The notes beneath the pieces were generated by a model. That model was not told the DNA's origin. It worked only from the letters and a program-made list of their open reading frames with translations, and searched no databases. The position numbers and the translations under genes are program-made. From NCBI GenBank assembly GCA_002269645.1, contig NIVC01000292.1, forward strand, positions 558,001 to 622,000: a stretch of 64,000 nucleotides of DNA, in the 5' to 3' direction. Positions 58,062-64,000 of this stretch are shown piece by piece. The DNA comes from Macrostomum lignano. Its lineage: Eukaryota. Numbering within the stretch: position 1 is the first letter of the stretch; each line of letters begins with the position of its first letter.

Positions 58062-58862
58062 TTGTCAAACCTGCCACAGCATCCATCAGCCAGTCTGTCA
58101 AACCTGTCACAGCATCAAACAGCCAAGCTGTCAAACCTGCCACAGCATCCATCAGCCAGTCTGTCAAACCTGTCACAGCATCAAACAGCCAAGCTGTCAA
58201 ACCTGTCACAGCATCCATCAGCCAGGTTGTCAAACCTGTCACAGCATTCAACAGCCAAGCTGTCATACCTGTCACAGCATCCATCAGCCAGGTTGTCAAA
58301 CCTGTCACAGCATTCAACAGCCAAGCTGTCATACCTGTCACAGCATCCATCAGCCAGTCTGTCAAACCTGTCACAGCATCAAACAGCCAAGCTGTCAAAC
58401 CTGCCACAGCATCCATCAGCCAGTCTGTCAAACCTGTCACAGCATCAAACAGCCAAGCTGTCAAACCTGCCACAGCATCCATCAGCCAGGTTGTCAAACC
58501 TGTCACAGCATTCAACAGCCAAGCTGTCATACCTGTCACAGCATCCATCAGCCAGGTTGTCAAACCTGTCACAGCATTCAACAGCCAAGCTGTCATACCT
58601 TTCACAGCATCCATCAGCCAGGTTGTCAAACCTGTCACAGCATTCAACAGCCAGGTTGTCAAACCTGTCACAGGATCCATCAGCCAGTCTGTCAAACCTG
58701 TCACAGCATCCATCAGCCAGTCTGTCAAACCTGTCACAGCATCCATCAGCCAGTCTGTCAAACCTGTCACAGCATCCATCAGCCAGTCTGTCAAACCTGT
58801 CACAGCATCCATCAGCCAAGCTGTCAAACCTGTCACAGCATCCAACAGCCAAGCTGTCAAAC
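58062..58862. repeat. 33-bp minisatellite (GTCAAACCTGTCACAGCATCCATCAGCCAGTCT)n
   Basis: About 24 units ending about 90 nt from the KCTD stop codon (3' side). Confidence 0.95.
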
Positions 58863-58951
58863 CTATCAGTCTTTCAGCCTGCCAGTTCAGACAGGCTGGG
58901 AATCCCACAGTGAGAACTAAGCACAGGTTAAGCAGAATGTCTCAGGGGCCA

Positions 58952-59710
58952 TCAGACCCGCACGAACACGAACTCATTGTAGTGCTGCCACTTGGTCTCC
59001 TCGTTGTCCTGGCCGGGCTTCACGTCCGTCATGCTGCTGTTGGTGCCGGAGCCGCAGGAGCCCACCATGCTGAAGCCGGCGTCGTACAGCATCTCGAAGG
59101 CCTGCTCCAGCACCGAGTGCTTCAGAAAGAAGCGGCTGGTGTAGCGGTCCTCCTGGCCGCGGTCGGGGTCCCGGCTCTCGTTCAGCGTGTCGCCGAACAC
59201 GGCGCGGCAGACGGAGACGCGGCCGGCCACCAGGATGCGCGTCAGCTTGCGGAACTTCACGTCGGCCAGGCCGTCGCGGCCGAAGGCGAAGGTGCCGCGG
59301 TAGCTGACGGTGATGCAGCCGGACGGAGCCGCCGGGCCGCCGCGCTCGAGAGCCGCCACGGCGCCCTGCAGGCCGTAGAAGGCGGCCTCCTGGCGCAGAC
59401 GGCTGCGGCCGCTGAAGCCGGCTGGAAGGTGGAAGCCGGCCGGCCGGTCCCGCAGGTAGTTGAGCAGCTGGCCGAACGCCGGCCCGTCCCGGTCGATAAA
59501 GAACCGGCCGGCCGAGTCAGCGGGCAGGTGCTTGGCCGGGTCTCCGCTGAACCACTCGCTCAGGCGGCTGCCCGGCTCGCTGCACAGCGTGGCCCGGCTG
59601 CAGCTGAAGTGGCTGCCGCCCACGTTCAAATCCACCACACCGCCTGCCCAGTCCCCGGCTGCGTTGCCATGCGGAAGTTCTTCGGCTGCTGGAGGCTCGG
59701 CTGGGACCCG
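58952..59710 (-). CDS. KCTD16: KCTD8/12/16-like BTB/POZ (T1) + H1 domain protein, main exon
   Basis: BTB: VVDLNVGGSHFSCSRATL, FFIDRDGPAFGQLLNYLRD, RLRQEAAFYGL. H1: ITVSYRGTFAFGR, KFRKLTRILVAGR, VFGDTLNESRDPDR, RYTSRFFLK. Stop at 58952-58954. The frame is open up to an in-frame TAG at 59713-59711 with no ATG, so an upstream exon is needed. One candidate is 60039-60010 (MKRGVWDTAE, donor GTAAAC, phase 0). The paralog assignment among KCTD8/12/16 is uncertain. Confidence 0.85.
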   Translation of the reverse strand, partial: RVPAEPPAAEELPHGNAAGDWAGGVVDLNVGGSHFSCSRATLCSEPGSRLSEWFSGDPAKHLPADSAGRFFIDRDGPAFGQLLNYLRDRPAGFHLPAGFSGRSRLRQEAAFYGLQGAVAALERGGPAAPSGCITVSYRGTFAFGRDGLADVKFRKLTRILVAGRVSVCRAVFGDTLNESRDPDRGQEDRYTSRFFLKHSVLEQAFEMLYDAGFSMVGSCGSGTNSSMTDVKPGQDNEETKWQHYNEFVFVRV

Positions 59711-60147
59711 CTAGCTTTCACCGTCTCGCGCTGGGGCTTCGGCAGGCCCCAGCCTCCTCCTAGGCAGCCAATATATGGGCGAATCCGCTGGTCCCGCAGC
59801 CAATCGGCGCCCACCCCAGCCTCTTCCGCTTTCACCTGGCCAGCAACAGCAGCAGCCGCATGCAGCCTCAGCCCCCGGTCAGAAGGCTGCATCAAACAGC
59901 AGCGGCAACAATACATCACTACCGCCCCCCAACTTTCATTTAATTTTTTGCCTGCTGAGCATCCGCCGCCGCTCCGACAGCCTCGCTCGCCGCTGGGTAC
60001 TTTGTTTACCTCCGCAGTGTCCCAGACTCCGCGCTTCATCACTGCTTCTCACCACACTATATAGAGAACGCGACAGCCGCGGGAAGTGAATGGGAAGGAA
60101 GGAGGGTGGATAAGAAATCCCCAGCAAGCCTGAGGGCAGCTGGCACT

Positions 60148-60179
<32 letters not shown>

Positions 60180-60654
60180 GCAATATCCTTCTCAAACCCT
60201 GCTCGTATTTCGCATCGATTACCTCCCCCCTCCCTCCTCTCCTTCCCCGGGCCCGCGTGTTCCAGTTCAGTTCAGTCGCCGTCAGCTGCCCAGTGAAAGC
60301 AAACACAGCCCCATTCCCAGCAGAGACTTGGCAGCGGTCCCCTCTTCCCACCGCCCGGGACAAAAAGCTGAATATGAAAATGTGCTGCATTCGATCTGAC
60401 AGGCTGAGCTGCTGCTGTTGCTGGGAAGAATCTGCCACAAATTCAAGGCGTTTGGTGGATCGCTTGATTGGCGGGTGAAAATGCTTGCCCCAGTGTGGGT
60501 GATGGTGGCCATTGTCTGTCAGCAGGTGCGAGCCCTCACTCCCAAAAGTGCATTCTTCTTTGTTCCACAATGAATTGCGGGTGGCAGAATGTCACCCTGA
60601 CTGCAGGGAGTTCGGCAGAGTTTAACAGGCAGGGAGTTCAGGAGGAGACGGGAG

Positions 60655-62225
60655 TCGGGATGGCGCTGGATCTAGGACTGGAGATGGCGCTAGATATAGG
60701 ACTGGAGATGGCGCTAGATATAGGACTGGAGATGGCGCTGGATCTAGGACTGGAGATGGCGCTAGATATAGGACTGGAGATGGCGCTAGATATAGGACTG
60801 GAGATGGCGCTGGATCTAGGACTGGAGATGGCGCTAGATATAGGACTGGAGATGGCGCTAGATATAGGACTGAAGATGGCGCTGGATCTAGGACTGGAGA
60901 TGGCGCTGGATCTAGGACTGGAGATGGCGCTAGATATAGGACTGAAGATGGCGCTGGATCTAGGACTGGAGATGGCGCTGGATCTAGGACTGGAGATGGC
61001 GCTAGATATAGGACTGAAGATGGCGCTGGATCTAGGACTGGAGATGGCGCTAGATATAGGACTGAAGATGGCGCTGGATCTAGGACTGGAGATGGCGCTG
61101 GATCTAGGACTGGAGATGGCGCTAGATATAGGACTGGAGATGGCGCTGGATCTAGGACTGGAGATGGCGCTAGATATAGGACTGAAGATGGCGCTGGATC
61201 TAGGACTGGAGATGGCGCTAGATATAGGACTGAAGATGGCGCTGGATCTAGGACTGGAGATGGCGCTAGATATAGGACTGGAGATGGCGCTAGATATAGG
61301 ACTGAAGATGGCGCTGGATCTAGGCTAAATCTAGGATTAGAAATGGCGCTAGATCTAGGATTAGAAATGGCGCTAGATCTAGGATTAGAAATGGCGCTAG
61401 ATCTAGGATTAGAAATGGCGCTAGATCTAGGATTAGAAATGGCGCTAAATCTAGGATTAGAAATGGCGCTAGATCTAGGATTAGAAATGGCGCTAAATCT
61501 AGGATTAGAAATGGCGCTAAATCTAGGATTAGAAATGGCGCTAGATCTAGGATTAGAAATGGCGCTAAATCTAGGATTAGAAATGGCGCTAGATCTAGGA
61601 TTAGAAATGGCGCTAGATCTAGGATTAGAAATGGCGCTAGATCTGGGATTAGAAATGGCGCTAGATCTAGGATTAGAAATGGCGCTAGATCTAGGATTAG
61701 AAATGGCGCTAGATCTAGGATTAGAAATGGCGCTAGATCTAGGATTAGAAATGGCGCTAGATCTAGGATTAGAAATGGCGCTAAATCTAGGATTAGAAAT
61801 GGCGCTAGATCTAGGATTAGAAAGGGCGCTAGATCTAGGATTAGAAATGGCGCTAGATCTAGGATTAGAAATGGCGCTAGATCTAGGATTAGAAATGGCG
61901 CTAGATCTAGGATTAGAAAGGGCGCTAAATCTAGGATTAGAAATGGCGCTAGATCTAGGATTAGAAAGGGCGCTAAATCTAGGATTAGAAATGGCGCTAG
62001 ATCTAGGATTAGAAATGGCGCTAGATCTAGGATTAGAAATGGCGCTAGATCTGGGATTAGAAATGGCGCTAGATCTAGGATTAGAAATGGCGCTAGATCT
62101 AGGATTAGAAATGGCGCTAGATCTAGGATTAGAAATGGCGCTAGATCTAGGATTAGAAAGGGCGCTAAATCTAGGATTAGAAATGGCGCTAGATCTAGGA
62201 TTAGAAATGCGCTAAATCTAGGATT
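60655..62225. repeat. Two abutting related 24-bp arrays (GATGGCGCTAGATATAGGACTGGA)n then (AAATGGCGCTAGATCTAGGATTAG)n
   Basis: About 28 plus 37 units with a sharp switch at about 61325. Confidence 0.97.
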
Positions 62226-62586
62226 AAAATTAACTAGCAGATCCCAGCGGCGGACCTCTCCGCAATCAATCCAAGACGGCACCCCACCAGAGGAAAAAGT
62301 TCATCTCAGTTAATGGGAGCATTATAATCATAAACCGCAGGCAGTAAACCCGGAGCGCAGGCCGCTCTGAAGTGGATTTGTATACCAGCAGATAAAGTTA
62401 TCCCGAATCTGGGATTTTCACTGCAGTTCTACCTGCAATTGCGGCTTTCTTCCCACGGGCCCAGCGGGTCGTACAAGACTTTTCAATCACAGCTGCCGCC
62501 CCCTCTACCAGCACTGCGAATTTGCGGTTGCTAAGCAGTGCGGGGCTGCCTGGGAGCCGCCATAAATGCCTGCTCCGTACTGCAAT

Positions 62587-63098
62587 ATCTAGCCAATATC
62601 TAGCCAGCATCTAGCCAATATCTAGCCAGCATCTAGCCAATATCTAGCCAATATCTAGCCAATATCTAGCCAATATCTAGCCAGCATATAGCCAATATCT
62701 AGCAAATATCTAGCCAATATCTAGCCAGCACCTAGCCAATATCTAGCCAATATCTAGCCAATATCTAGCCAATATCTAGCAAATATCTACCAGCATATAG
62801 CCAATATCTAGCCAATACCTAACCAATATCAAGCCAGCATCTAGCCAATATCTAGCCAATATCTAGCCAATATCTAGCCAGCACCTAGCCAATATCTAGC
62901 CAGCATCTAGCCAATATCTAGCCAATATCTAGCCAGCATCTAGCCAATATCTAGCCAATATCTAGCCAGCACCTAGCCAATATCTAGCCAGCACCTAGCC
63001 AATATCTAGCCAGCATCTAGCCAATATCTAGCCAATATCTAGCCAGCATATAGCCAATATCTAGCCAATAACTAGGCAGCATCTAGCCAATATCTAGC
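62587..63098. repeat. 12-bp minisatellite (TAGCCAATATCT / TAGCCAGCATCT)n
   Basis: About 42 units. Confidence 0.95.
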
Positions 63099-63556
63099 TT
63101 ATAAGCCGCAAGTAGAAATTCTAGAAATTTTTTTTAAAAATGAGTAAAAACGCCATGCCACTGAAAGTAGTGATTTCATAAATAATTGCTAATTTTAAAC
63201 CAACAGAATACTTTGTTAAAAGCGTCAGTTCTCAATCACCGCAGGGTCTAAAGCTCTCTGCAAGCGACTCGGTGAACTGCTTGTATTTCAGATAAAACTG
63301 GCGTCAGCAGCAGCAGCGGAAGCAGCAGAAGGGCCGTCAGCAGAGTCGCAGGAGATTCGTGGGGGCCTGTCGCAGCTGCTAGCCAGCTGGGCTGCTGAGG
63401 GAGCCACTCCATCAATCCAACACTGCCGCGATACAAGAAAATTGAGCTGTATAAAAACTGCTTAAAAGCAAAGCTAATGCCGCCAGAGCTGACCTCCTGG
63501 CTGGGTTAAAATCCAAGGCCAAGGTGCTGCAGGCTGCGACTCAATATACTCGAAAC

Positions 63557-63945
63557 TGTTACACACCTGTTCCACACACAGGCCATACCTGTTACACACA
63601 CAGGCCATACCTGTTACACAAGAGTTACATACCTGTTACACACACAGGCCATACCTGTTCCACACACAGGCCATACCTGTTCCACACACAGGCCATACCT
63701 GTTCCACACACAGGCCATACCTGTTCCACACATAGGCCATACCTGTTCCACACACAGGCCATACCTGTTCCACACACAGGCCATACCTGTTACATACACA
63801 GGCCATACCTGTTATACACACAGGCCATACCTGTTACACACAGGCCATACCTGTTACACACAGGCCATACCTGTTATACACACAGGCCATACCTGTTAAA
63901 CACAGGCCATACCTGTTACACACACAGGCCATACCTGCTACAGGC
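63557..63945. repeat. About 22-bp minisatellite (ACACACAGGCCATACCTGTTMC)n
   Basis: About 17 units. Confidence 0.95.
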
Positions 63946-64000
63946 TACCTGGCACCCAAATACAGAAGGCCGCCCTGTCAGCACCGGGCTCATAATTAAC

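Noticed and set aside
57933-62282. Long repeat ORFs (LSNLSQHPSAS; ALDLGLEM; ILDLAPFL)
   Set aside because: Unit lengths divisible by 3 give open frames by chance; no splice or codon support.
62230-63550. GC-moderate unique segments between terminal arrays as exons of a fifth gene
   Set aside because: No recognisable domain or consistent splice chain; may be UTR or regulatory DNA.

Overview
Eukaryotic (metazoan) genomic DNA, not prokaryotic. GC-rich spliced exons sit among AT-rich spacers and about 35 different tandem-repeat arrays. This architecture is typical of the flatworm Macrostomum, but the species is my inference. Four protein-coding genes can be assembled by hand from GT-AG introns with consistent reading phases: (1) AKAP1/spoonbill-like KH+Tudor protein (+, 2624-15054, 4 exons); (2) TRPM2-like cation channel with a C-terminal NUDT9-homology domain (-, 34334-19375, 19 exons, about 1629 aa); (3) MTMR3/4-like myotubularin phosphatase (+, 42669-50479, 5 exons, about 766 aa); (4) KCTD8/12/16-like BTB+H1 protein (-, about 59710-58952). 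The AT-rich spacer between the divergent TRPM and MTMR genes holds a four-level nest of non-autonomous DNA transposons (three with readable target-site duplications) and a decayed mariner. Most long ORFs in the supplied track are read-throughs of tandem repeats. The most notable observations are a degenerate Nudix box in an invertebrate TRPM2-like channel, a 36-bp TIR micro-element with a perfect 8-bp TSD whose termini match a 698-bp foldback element 35 kb away, intronic arrays whose units contain the adjacent splice signals, and one minisatellite family present at two loci 38 kb apart. All gene models and alignments were done by eye and were not database-checked. Repeat boundaries are approximate.
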